This document shows, piece after piece, positions 9,037-16,689 of a stretch of 64,000 nt of DNA. The notes under the pieces were generated by a model. The model saw only the letters and a program-made list of their open reading frames with translations, had not been told where the DNA came from and made no database searches. The position numbers and the translations under genes are program-made. How positions within the stretch are numbered: position 1 is the stretch's first letter; each line of letters starts with the position of its first letter. The DNA comes from Leptospirillia bacterium (lineage in GTDB: Bacteria > Nitrospirota > JACRHL01). The stretch is taken from assembly GCA_046754085.1 (NCBI GenBank), contig JBHHVE010000001.1:71821-135820 (forward strand), given 5' to 3'.

Positions 9037-10540
9037 TGCGGAGCAGCAGCCGGGACTGCCAGCCGTCCGGGGCCGTACGCCGTTCCACCCGCTCCAGGGC
9101 GCCGCCGACTTCGATGTGAAGCCTCCGGTTTGGAGAACGGGAAAGGCTCACTCCCGATTCCCAATGGGTTTCACGCTCGGGCCGGTTGACGTAATGGGTG
9201 CGCCAGGCGGCGTGCAGGGTCAGGGTTTGCACCGCCCCGGGGCGGTGGTAGGTCAACGCCGCCGAGCGTCCGTCCGGCCCCAGGGCGTCGCCGATGATGC
9301 GGTGCCGGTAGGTGTAGCCGGAACGGTAGGTGCCGTGGCGATACCAGACGTTACCCTCCGTCGGCCAGTCGGTGGCGGCCACCTCCAGCCGCAGGGTGTC
9401 GTTTTGATTGGCGCGTACCCCGGCCAGCAACAGGCCCAGCCGCATCGCCGGCTTGGCCGGCCACAGGGAGGCCTCGTCCTCGCCGGCATACTCACCGTAC
9501 AGTCGAACGGCTCGGCCGGGTGTTCCATGCAGGGGCAGATCAAGGGTGATATCGATGCCCGCAATGGAATTGCTGGTATCGGTGTCCGGCCCCTGATTAT
9601 TGCCGGTGATGATGGTGAACAGGTCGGAGCCGGAGACTCCCTGGCCGTCACCAGCCATCATGGTGGTGCGGGATGCCCCCACAAGCAGGCGCGGATGTGG
9701 CCGCCACATCAGCCGCAGGCCGGTCAGAACCGGGTGGGGAACATAGCGCGCTTCTTCCAGTCGGGCCAGAAAGAACGAGAAGTCCGCCTGTCCCAGGGGT
9801 GACAAGCGGCCCTGAAAGCGGTGGGGGCGGCGCAGCCCGGTGCGGATGGCGGGCAGCGGCGGGGCGTTGTCGGTCAGTAGAAACCCGCCGTGGGCGCCCG
9901 GCCCCCAGACGATGGGTTGCCTGCCCAGACTGGTGAGCAGGGGGCCGGTTTCCATGGTGATGTAGCCTTCCTGCCACCCCGGATTGCCGCCGCCCGCCTC
10001 GCCCAGCGTGAGCCGTGGGGTCACCGATGCGGCAACCTTTTGGCCGGGGGTGTCCAGGTGGAGTTGCAGTTCCATGCCCCACCGTTCGGAGAAAGTGCGG
10101 CCGCCGTCGTTTCGGGTGAGCGGACCGCCGTTGTCCGCGGGGACGGTCCCGAATGATGTGGCTTCACCCTCGGTGTAGCCGCCGCGCAGGTCCGCCCGTG
10201 CATAGTGATTACGGGTGCGCCGCTCGGCTTCCCCGCGAAGCCGGAGTAATACCTCCCGATCGGCATCGTGCGCCGGGGTGGCGGACTGCAACGCGGTTTG
10301 AAGTTGCTCCCAGGAGATGGGTCTGACACCCCACGCCTGGTCATGCAGCACCCCTCGGGGTGCCAGGCTGTCCATCAGCCGGTAGGCGGGGTGGTCCAGG
10401 GGAACCCAGGTGGATGCAGCGTGTGCCACGGTGGCCGGACTCATGAGCCAGAGTGCGCCCCATGCGTAAGCCATAACACAGGAGAGGGCCGCCCGAAGCG
10501 CGCGCTGGACCGACTTCCAGGGGAATGTTGGCAAGATCAT
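9017..10540 (-). CDS. Outer-membrane beta-barrel protein, Wzi-like (capsule/EPS assembly) candidate
   Basis: 507 aa. Signal-peptide-like N-terminus (ALSCVMAYAWGALWLMSPATVAHA). Gly/Tyr/Arg-rich composition with alternating beta-strand pattern. Sits between the Wzz and Wzx genes. The Wzi assignment is inference from size and context. Confidence 0.35.
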   Translation of the reverse strand: MILPTFPWKSVQRALRAALSCVMAYAWGALWLMSPATVAHAASTWVPLDHPAYRLMDSLAPRGVLHDQAWGVRPISWEQLQTALQSATPAHDADREVLLRLRGEAERRTRNHYARADLRGGYTEGEATSFGTVPADNGGPLTRNDGGRTFSERWGMELQLHLDTPGQKVAASVTPRLTLGEAGGGNPGWQEGYITMETGPLLTSLGRQPIVWGPGAHGGFLLTDNAPPLPAIRTGLRRPHRFQGRLSPLGQADFSFFLARLEEARYVPHPVLTGLRLMWRPHPRLLVGASRTTMMAGDGQGVSGSDLFTIITGNNQGPDTDTSNSIAGIDITLDLPLHGTPGRAVRLYGEYAGEDEASLWPAKPAMRLGLLLAGVRANQNDTLRLEVAATDWPTEGNVWYRHGTYRSGYTYRHRIIGDALGPDGRSAALTYHRPGAVQTLTLHAAWRTHYVNRPERETHWESGVSLSRSPNRRLHIEVGGALERVERRTAPDGWQSRLLLRIGLAVG

Positions 10541-11445
10541 GCGGGGGTGGAATCCCGCTGTCCCCTACGCAGTCGCATCAGGATGCGGATCAGTGCCAGA
10601 CCGCCGCCCAGCAGGCCGCCTGCGATCAAGCCGAAGATAACAATGGGTTTGCGCCTGGGCCGGACGTGTTTTTCCACGGGCGGGGTGATTGCCGGGTCAA
10701 TGACCCGGAGGGCATATTCCTTCTGCCCCTTGGCCAGCATGATTTTCTCCACCTGGTTTTCGAGCAGGTGGCCGATTGCCGTGCGTAGCTCCACGTTCTG
10801 GGTGTTTGCCAGTTCCGCTTTCAGATAGGCGATGTTCTTGTTGGCATCGGCGATGGCCAGCGACTTCATGTGCGTGTTGAGGCGCTGCACCAGCAGATTG
10901 GCCCAACGGGCCGCGGCCTCCCGGTCGGTCCACTCCACCGATACGGTGACCAGCCCGGTCTTCCGGTTTTCCGACACGTTGATCAGGTTCTGAAATTTTT
11001 GTGTCGCGTGCCACATGATGGGGGCTTGATCGGCGCCGGGTTCGTTTCGATTCCCGTCCTTCGCCTCAGGAGAGGACGGGGCCAGCAGCGGGAGCAGCCC
11101 CTCGTCCTTCACGAAATTGCTGATGAAGGCACGGGAGGTCAGGGTGGCGATCGCCACCTCGGTGCTGCTTTCACCGCCCCCCACGTTGATGCCGGTGAGG
11201 GCGGCAAGCCCGCCCAGTTGACCCGAGAGTTTGCCGAGACCGCCACCCCCGTCGGATACCGGGCTCGTCAGTACCTCGGCCCGGTAAACCGGCGTCATCA
11301 TCAGTGCCGTCGCCACCGAGATCAGGGTGCCGAGCACCACGCAGGCGGATATCAACCGCCACTCCGCATACATCGCCTGCCACAGGTCGAGCAGGGAAAC
11401 CTCGTTGTCGTTCGTTGCCTGAAGCGGCCCGGTCGGATCGGTCAT
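10537..11445 (-). CDS. Wzz-like polysaccharide co-polymerase / chain-length determinant (PCP family)
   Basis: 302 aa. N-terminal TM (ISACVVLGTLISVATALMMTPVY), a periplasmic coiled-coil region, and a C-terminal TM with the Gly-rich IVIFGLIAGGLLGGGLALI segment. This architecture is typical of Wzz/FepE. Confidence 0.7.
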   Translation of the reverse strand: MTDPTGPLQATNDNEVSLLDLWQAMYAEWRLISACVVLGTLISVATALMMTPVYRAEVLTSPVSDGGGGLGKLSGQLGGLAALTGINVGGGESSTEVAIATLTSRAFISNFVKDEGLLPLLAPSSPEAKDGNRNEPGADQAPIMWHATQKFQNLINVSENRKTGLVTVSVEWTDREAAARWANLLVQRLNTHMKSLAIADANKNIAYLKAELANTQNVELRTAIGHLLENQVEKIMLAKGQKEYALRVIDPAITPPVEKHVRPRRKPIVIFGLIAGGLLGGGLALIRILMRLRRGQRDSTPA

Positions 11446-11711
11446 AGACAGTGCGCTTTCATACGCGACGGGTTGCAGTGCCTTACATGCTCAGCCGCTT
11501 TCTCGCAGTGGCTTACGGGACCCGGAAGCGAGAACGGATAAAATGGTGACGGGGCAGTGTAGCCGAAGCAAGGTGTTCATGCGAAACCGGCCCCGGCCCG
11601 GAAGCCTTCCGGACGGGAGAAGCTGTTACCCTTGTATGGGAATAAAAAGCGGGGCAACGGCGCCCTGCGGTGTCGGAGCGATTGTTCCGGGGGGAGCCTG
11701 AAGAGGGTTTG

Positions 11712-12377
11712 ATGGATATTAAGCTGAGTGATGCGGAGGCCCGGGTGCTTGGCTGTCTGATCGAGAAGGAGGTCACCACGCCGGATTACTATCCGATGAC
11801 CCTGAACGCACTTACCAACGCGTGCAATCAGAAGTCGAACAGAAACCCGGTGGTGGCTTACGAACAGACCACGGTGGTGCGGGCTCTCGACCGGCTACAG
11901 ACGGCAAGGCTGACAGTGACCACCCACCAGGCGGGCAGCCACACCCCCAAGTACCGGCATGTGATCACCGATCGGATTCCCTTGGCCCCGGCCGAACTTG
12001 CCGTCCTGTGTGAGCTGCTTCTGCGGGGTCCGCAGACCGTTGGTGAGTTACGGGGGCGTGCCGCCCGCATGCACGACCTGGGGGACCTTGCCGCCACCCA
12101 GGTGGTGCTCGATGGCCTGATGGAACGGCAGCCGCCGCTGCTGACGGAATTGCCGCGCCAGCCGGGCCGCAAGGAGTGCCGCTACGCCCACCTGTTGTGC
12201 GGCGAGGTGGATGTGTCTGCGATTGTCTCCGCGGCGGGTCCGTCGCCGGAGGCGGCCACCGTTCAGGTGCGCGCCGAGGATGAGCGCATCGCCCGCCTGG
12301 AGACCCAGGTGGCGACCCTCTCCAACGAATTGGCGGCGCTGAAAAAAAACCTGGAAAATTTCATGTCCCAGTTTTGA
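11712..12377 (+). CDS. yceH: YceH-family protein (DUF480/UPF0502)
   Basis: From the internal ATG at 11712 the sequence MDIKLSDAEARVLGCLIEKEVTTPDYYPMTLNALTNACNQKSNRNPVV closely resembles the E. coli YceH N-terminus. A GAAGAGGG SD-like sequence precedes it. The listed ORF begins at an upstream GTG (11670). Confidence 0.8.
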   Translation: MDIKLSDAEARVLGCLIEKEVTTPDYYPMTLNALTNACNQKSNRNPVVAYEQTTVVRALDRLQTARLTVTTHQAGSHTPKYRHVITDRIPLAPAELAVLCELLLRGPQTVGELRGRAARMHDLGDLAATQVVLDGLMERQPPLLTELPRQPGRKECRYAHLLCGEVDVSAIVSAAGPSPEAATVQVRAEDERIARLETQVATLSNELAALKKNLENFMSQF

Positions 12378-12390
12378 GGCAGTGGGGTGA

Positions 12391-12747
12391 ATGGATGAAC
12401 TGACCGATGCCCAGATGGCCGAACTGACCGCCACCCTGCATCAGTTGGAACAGGAGTTGCTGGCGGTGCTGGCCGATACCGACACGGATGCCCGTCCGGT
12501 GGATCTGGGGCTGCCCATCGGCCGCCTGTCGCGCATGGATGCGATGCAGCAACAGAGTATGGCCAAGGCCGGTCGCGCGGCTTATCAGCAGCGGCTGGCG
12601 GGTGTGCAAAGGGCCCTGTCCACGGTGGCCGACGGCGAGTACGGATACTGTAGGAGTTGTGCCGAACCGATCGGCTATGGACGTCTGTCTGCCCGCCCCG
12701 AGGCCCCCCTTTGTGTTGCCTGCCAGGAGCTTTTGGAAACCAACTGA
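12391..12747 (+). CDS. DksA/TraR-family C4 zinc-finger protein
   Basis: 118 aa. Coiled-coil N-terminus, then the CRSCAEPIGYGRLSARPEAPLCVAC C4 zinc finger characteristic of DksA/TraR. Confidence 0.8.
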   Translation: MDELTDAQMAELTATLHQLEQELLAVLADTDTDARPVDLGLPIGRLSRMDAMQQQSMAKAGRAAYQQRLAGVQRALSTVADGEYGYCRSCAEPIGYGRLSARPEAPLCVACQELLETN

Positions 12748-12933
12748 CATGCGTTCCCACCGCTGTGGCGGCTGTGCGGGGAGCATGGCTAAATGAATTC
12801 CCCCTTTCCCTTGTCGTTTTGCTTCATTGGGGCTATAACTCGTTACCAACGGGGGGCACAGGGGAACTGAGCCGACCGGATTCGGGCATGCGGCAAATGC
12901 ATGGTCGATGGAGCCAATGGGGAGGGACAGGGC

Positions 12934-14172
12934 ATGGCGGGGCGAGTTCTGGGTGTGTGGTTGCTGTTTGCGGCAGGGCTGTTTTTCGCGCAGCCCGCGG
13001 TAGCCAGGGACTGCGTAGGCTGCCACGAGGCACTCCACCCCGGCATCATCGCCGACTGGAAGGCCAGCCTGCACGCCCAGGTGGGCATCAAGTGTTCCGC
13101 CTGCCACGGCAAGGACCACCGCACCGAAAAAGATGTTGCCGAGGTCAAGCATCCGACCCCCGAGGTGTGCGCCCGCTGCCACCCGGACCGGGCGGAGGAG
13201 TTCAAGCTTGGCAAGCATGCCATCGCCTGGACCGCTATGAAGGCCATGCCCACCACCCATTGGAAGCCCATGGAGATGATCGAGGGGCAGAAGGGGTGCG
13301 GCGGCTGCCACAAAATCGGGGTGAAGTCGGATGCCGAACTGGCCCAGATCAGGGAAGAGGGCAGCGCCGGCGGTGCCTCCTGCGACTCCTGCCACACCCG
13401 CCACCTGTTTTCCCGCAAGGAGGCGCGCCAGCCTCAGGCCTGCCAGACCTGCCATATGGGATTCGATCATCCCCAGTGGGAGATGTATTCCACCTCCAAG
13501 CACGGCGTGCGCTACCTGCTCAAGCAGAACGGCACCCTGCCGGAACACGTTTCCGCCCCCACCTGCCAGACCTGTCATATGGACGAGGGCAATCACGAGG
13601 TTCGCGCTCCGTGGGGTTTTCTGGCGGTGCGCCTGCCGTTGCCGGAGGACCCCCAGTGGCGGGCCGACCAGATCACCCTCCTGCAGGGGTTGGGGGTGCT
13701 TGACCCCGAGGGCAACCCCACCGAGCGGCTGGACGTGGTCAAGGCCGCCGACGTGGCGCGTCTGACCCAGGAGTCGTTCGATGAGGAGCGCAACAGGATG
13801 ATTGCCGTGTGCGCCCGCTGCCACACCGAGCGCTTTGCCAAAAACGAGATGGACAAGGGCGACAAGGTGATCCGCGCCGCCGACCATCTGGTGGCCGAGG
13901 CGATCCGTATCGTGGCTGCGCTCTACAAGGACGGCGTGCTCGCCAAGCCGGAAAGCTACGCCTACCCGTTTCCGGACCTGCTCAGTTTCCACGATGCGCC
14001 GACGCCGATCGAGCACCGCCTGTTCGTGATGTTCCTGAAACACCGTATGCGTACCTTCCAGGGGGCGTTCCACAACAACCCGGATTACACCCTGTGGTAC
14101 GGCTGGAGCGAGCTTCAGACCGATCTGATCGAGATTCGTCACCTGGGCGAGGCACTGCGCAAGGGGGGATAG
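12934..14172 (+). CDS. Octaheme c-type cytochrome, hydroxylamine-oxidoreductase (HAO)/octaheme-nitrite-reductase-like family, paralogue 1
   Basis: Eight CxxCH motifs: CVGCH, CSACH, CARCH, CGGCH, CDSCH, CQTCH, CQTCH, CARCH. A signal peptide follows the ATG at 12934, which has a GGAGGG SD 7 nt upstream. The conserved block CQTCHMGFDHPQWEMYSTSKHG is shared with the paralogue at 15064. The listed ORF starts 33 nt earlier. Confidence 0.75.
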   Translation: MAGRVLGVWLLFAAGLFFAQPAVARDCVGCHEALHPGIIADWKASLHAQVGIKCSACHGKDHRTEKDVAEVKHPTPEVCARCHPDRAEEFKLGKHAIAWTAMKAMPTTHWKPMEMIEGQKGCGGCHKIGVKSDAELAQIREEGSAGGASCDSCHTRHLFSRKEARQPQACQTCHMGFDHPQWEMYSTSKHGVRYLLKQNGTLPEHVSAPTCQTCHMDEGNHEVRAPWGFLAVRLPLPEDPQWRADQITLLQGLGVLDPEGNPTERLDVVKAADVARLTQESFDEERNRMIAVCARCHTERFAKNEMDKGDKVIRAADHLVAEAIRIVAALYKDGVLAKPESYAYPFPDLLSFHDAPTPIEHRLFVMFLKHRMRTFQGAFHNNPDYTLWYGWSELQTDLIEIRHLGEALRKGG

Positions 14173-14180
14173 GATTACCC

Positions 14181-14774
14181 GTGTGGGCACTGACCCTATC
14201 CGTTCTTGCGGCGATGGACGTCCTGTTGATCATCGCCATTCTGTACGGCTGGGTGGCGAAAGGGGCGGGCCGCCGCAAGTTGCTGGCGTTTCTCGTGCTC
14301 GGGGTGTTTCCGCTGTTGTGGGGCACCGCGGCCTTCTCCTACAACTTCAACCGCATCAAGGATGTGGAATTCTGCGCCACCTGCCACGCCATGCAGGATC
14401 ATGTGAGGAGCCTTCAGGCCGATAGCGAGGAGCCCTTGTCGGCGTTGCATTATCAGAACAATTTCGTGCCCCAGGAGACCGCCTGCTACTTCTGCCACAC
14501 CGGTTACACCTGGTTCGGGCCGCTCAAGGGTAAATTCAACGGCATCCGCCACATTTACGTGGCGTACATTCAGGGGGTGCCGGACAAGCTGAGCATTTAT
14601 GAGCCATATCAAAACAGGGACTGCCTGCAGTGCCACGGCAAGTCCAAGCGCTTCAGGTCCCAGCCGGTGCACAACAGAAGGGCCGACATGATGGACAACC
14701 TGCAAAACGGCACTTTCTCGTGCCTGACCGAGGGCTGTCACGACCTGGCCCATCTCCTGCCGGAGGACTGGTAG
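14181..14774 (+). CDS. NrfH/NapC/NirT-family membrane-anchored tetraheme cytochrome c (quinol dehydrogenase)
   Basis: GTG at 14181 directly after the HAO-like stop, preceded by AAGGGGGG. N-terminal TM helix (WALTLSVLAAMDVLLIIAILYGW). Heme motifs are CATCHAM (the CxxCHxM signature of NrfH heme 1), CYFCH, CLQCH and the non-canonical CLTEGCH. The listed ORF 13809-14774 includes an upstream antisense-overlap extension. Confidence 0.75.
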   Translation: MWALTLSVLAAMDVLLIIAILYGWVAKGAGRRKLLAFLVLGVFPLLWGTAAFSYNFNRIKDVEFCATCHAMQDHVRSLQADSEEPLSALHYQNNFVPQETACYFCHTGYTWFGPLKGKFNGIRHIYVAYIQGVPDKLSIYEPYQNRDCLQCHGKSKRFRSQPVHNRRADMMDNLQNGTFSCLTEGCHDLAHLLPEDW

Positions 14775-14981
14775 GTGGTTAACGATCTGACCCCCCAATT
14801 CAAGGTGGCCCTGGTCTGCAACATTCTGGGGACGGTGATGCTGGGCGCGTCCATGTTCGCCGACCATCCCCTGTTTTTTATGATCATTGTGATGCTGGGG
14901 GTGGGGCTGCTGCTGACCGGTTTCGCCATCTGGGTGTGGATGGTGCTGGGCGAGGCCCACGGCAAGGGGTTGTTCCGGTAG
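14775..14981 (+). CDS. Small hypothetical membrane protein, two predicted TM helices
   Basis: 68 aa. GTG start immediately after the nrfH-like stop. Two hydrophobic segments: FKVALVCNILGTVMLGASMFA and FFMIIVMLGVGLLLTGFAIWVWMVL. It is sandwiched between nrfH-like and the second hao-like gene. Confidence 0.35.
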   Translation: MVNDLTPQFKVALVCNILGTVMLGASMFADHPLFFMIIVMLGVGLLLTGFAIWVWMVLGEAHGKGLFR

Positions 14982-15063
14982 CGGAGCATGATGCCATGAG
15001 TACCCGGACGATCTGTTTCAGGCTTTTTTGACTTTGATTTGAATTGTAAGTGAAGGATCACAA

Positions 15064-16587
15064 GTGAACATTCAATTGAACGGCCAAGATGGCGGCACGG
15101 TGCAGACCCTTCTGACGGGCGCCGCCCTGACGCTGGCCTTTTTGCTGACCCTGTTGGCGCTGCCGGCCCTGTCGGGAGCGGCGGCTCCGGTGCGCCTGGC
15201 CGAGCTTTCCGTGGAGTCGCAAAACTGCGTGAACTGCCACAAGCAGGACAACGTCAACGTCTACCAGCAGTGGGGCAAGAGCAAGCACTACGGCGCCAAC
15301 ATCGGCTGCTATGAGTGCCACCAGGCCGACAAAAACGACCCGGACGCCTTCAAGCACAGGAAGGGACCGTGGATTTCCACCGTCGTGACCCCCAAGGATT
15401 GCGCCCGTTGCCACGAGAAGGAGGCCCGGGAGTTCGCCGAGAGCCACCACTCCAAGGCGGGCCGCATTTTAGGCTCCCTGGATAACATCCTGGCCGAGGT
15501 GGTGGAGGGCAACCGCGGCTTTGTCACCACCGGCTTTCCGGACGGCGTCTCGGCCGCCGCCGCCAACGGTTGCTGGCAGTGCCACGGCAGCGAGGTCAAG
15601 GTGCTCAAGGATGACAAGGGCAACAATACCGGCAGGCTCGATCCCGCCACCTGGCCCAACAGCGGCATTGGCCGTATCAACCCGGACGGCAGCGAGGGCA
15701 GTTGTTCCGCCTGTCATCAGCGCCACGATTTCTCCCGTGCCCAGGCGCGTCAGCCGGAAAACTGCGGCAAGTGTCACATGGGGCCGGACCATCCGCAGAT
15801 CGAGGTCTACAACGAGTCCAAGCACGGCATCAATTACCACGCCAACAAGGACGAAATGAACCTGGACTCCACCAAGTGGGTGGTGGGCGAGGACTACTTC
15901 GCGGCCCCCACCTGCGCCACCTGTCACATGTCCGCCACCCGGGACATGCCGGTGACCCATAACGTCGGGCTGCGCATCAAGTGGAACAACCGCCCGGTGC
16001 ATTCCAAGCTGGCGCATCTGACTGACAAGAAATGGGGCCTGCCGTCCGCCAGCGTAACCGGTGATGAACGTCGGACCAACATGGAAAACGTGTGCCTGGC
16101 GTGCCATGCCAAACCCTTCACCGATAATTTCTTCACCCAGTATGAGGCGCTGATCGAGCTGTACGACAGCAAGTTCGCAACCCCCGGAGAGGCGCTCTAC
16201 AAGGCCGCCACCGCGGTGCTCAAAAAGGCCGAGGGGGAACGCTACGCCAAGTTCAGTCACAAGATTGACTACACCTGGTTCGAACTGTGGCACCACGAGG
16301 GGCGTCGCGCCCGGCACGCCGCTTCGATGCAGGCGCCGGACTACACCCACTGGCACGGCACCTATGATCTGGCGAAGAATTTCTACTCGGAATACATTCC
16401 CGAGATCAGGGAGATCATCCACGACAATCAGGAAGGCCCGGCAGCCAAGGAGGCGCTGGTGCTTGAGGCCCTGCTGGAAGAGGTGCTGGCGAGCCCGAAC
16501 CATCAGTGGTTCATCGGCGAGGTGTCGGACGAGGAACAGAAGGCCCGCGACAACCGGCGCAAGGAGTTCCTCGAGCGCTACCAGTAG
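15064..16587 (+). CDS. Octaheme c-type cytochrome, HAO/ONR-like family, paralogue 2
   Basis: 507 aa with a signal peptide (TLLTGAALTLAFLLTLLALPALSGAAA). Eight CxxCH motifs: CVNCH, CYECH, CARCH, CWQCH, CSACH, CGKCH, CATCH, CLACH. The CGKCHMGPDHPQIEVYNESKHG block is conserved with paralogue 1. A GAAGGA SD lies upstream. Confidence 0.8.
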   Translation: MNIQLNGQDGGTVQTLLTGAALTLAFLLTLLALPALSGAAAPVRLAELSVESQNCVNCHKQDNVNVYQQWGKSKHYGANIGCYECHQADKNDPDAFKHRKGPWISTVVTPKDCARCHEKEAREFAESHHSKAGRILGSLDNILAEVVEGNRGFVTTGFPDGVSAAAANGCWQCHGSEVKVLKDDKGNNTGRLDPATWPNSGIGRINPDGSEGSCSACHQRHDFSRAQARQPENCGKCHMGPDHPQIEVYNESKHGINYHANKDEMNLDSTKWVVGEDYFAAPTCATCHMSATRDMPVTHNVGLRIKWNNRPVHSKLAHLTDKKWGLPSASVTGDERRTNMENVCLACHAKPFTDNFFTQYEALIELYDSKFATPGEALYKAATAVLKKAEGERYAKFSHKIDYTWFELWHHEGRRARHAASMQAPDYTHWHGTYDLAKNFYSEYIPEIREIIHDNQEGPAAKEALVLEALLEEVLASPNHQWFIGEVSDEEQKARDNRRKEFLERYQ

Positions 16588-16606
16588 CGCCGCGCCGGGC
16601 AGGATC

Positions 16607-16642
16607 AAAAAAGCCCCGGACCAGGCGGTCCGGGGCTTTTTT
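16607..16642. terminator. Bidirectional Rho-independent terminator between hao-like paralogue 2 (+) and sulP (-)
   Basis: AAAAAAGCCCCGGACC-AGGC-GGTCCGGGGCTTTTTTATT: an 11-bp GC-rich stem with a 4-nt loop, flanked by an A-tract on one side and a T-tract on the other. It sits 20 nt after the hao stop at 16587 and ahead of the sulP stop at 16690. Confidence 0.7.
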
Positions 16643-16689
16643 ATTGTTTACGGAATCCAGGGTGCCATTTCGTGAGGGCCGCCGCCCAC

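Noticed and set aside
13809-14180. 5' 372 nt of listed ORF 13809-14774
   Set aside because: This part overlaps the 3' end of hao-like paralogue 1 in another frame. The NrfH-like protein starts with a TM helix at the GTG at 14181, which has an SD.
12361-14190. 609-aa minus-strand ORF
   Set aside because: It is antisense to yceH, dksA-like and the first hao-like gene. It has no heme or other motifs, whereas the + strand carries 8 CxxCH motifs.
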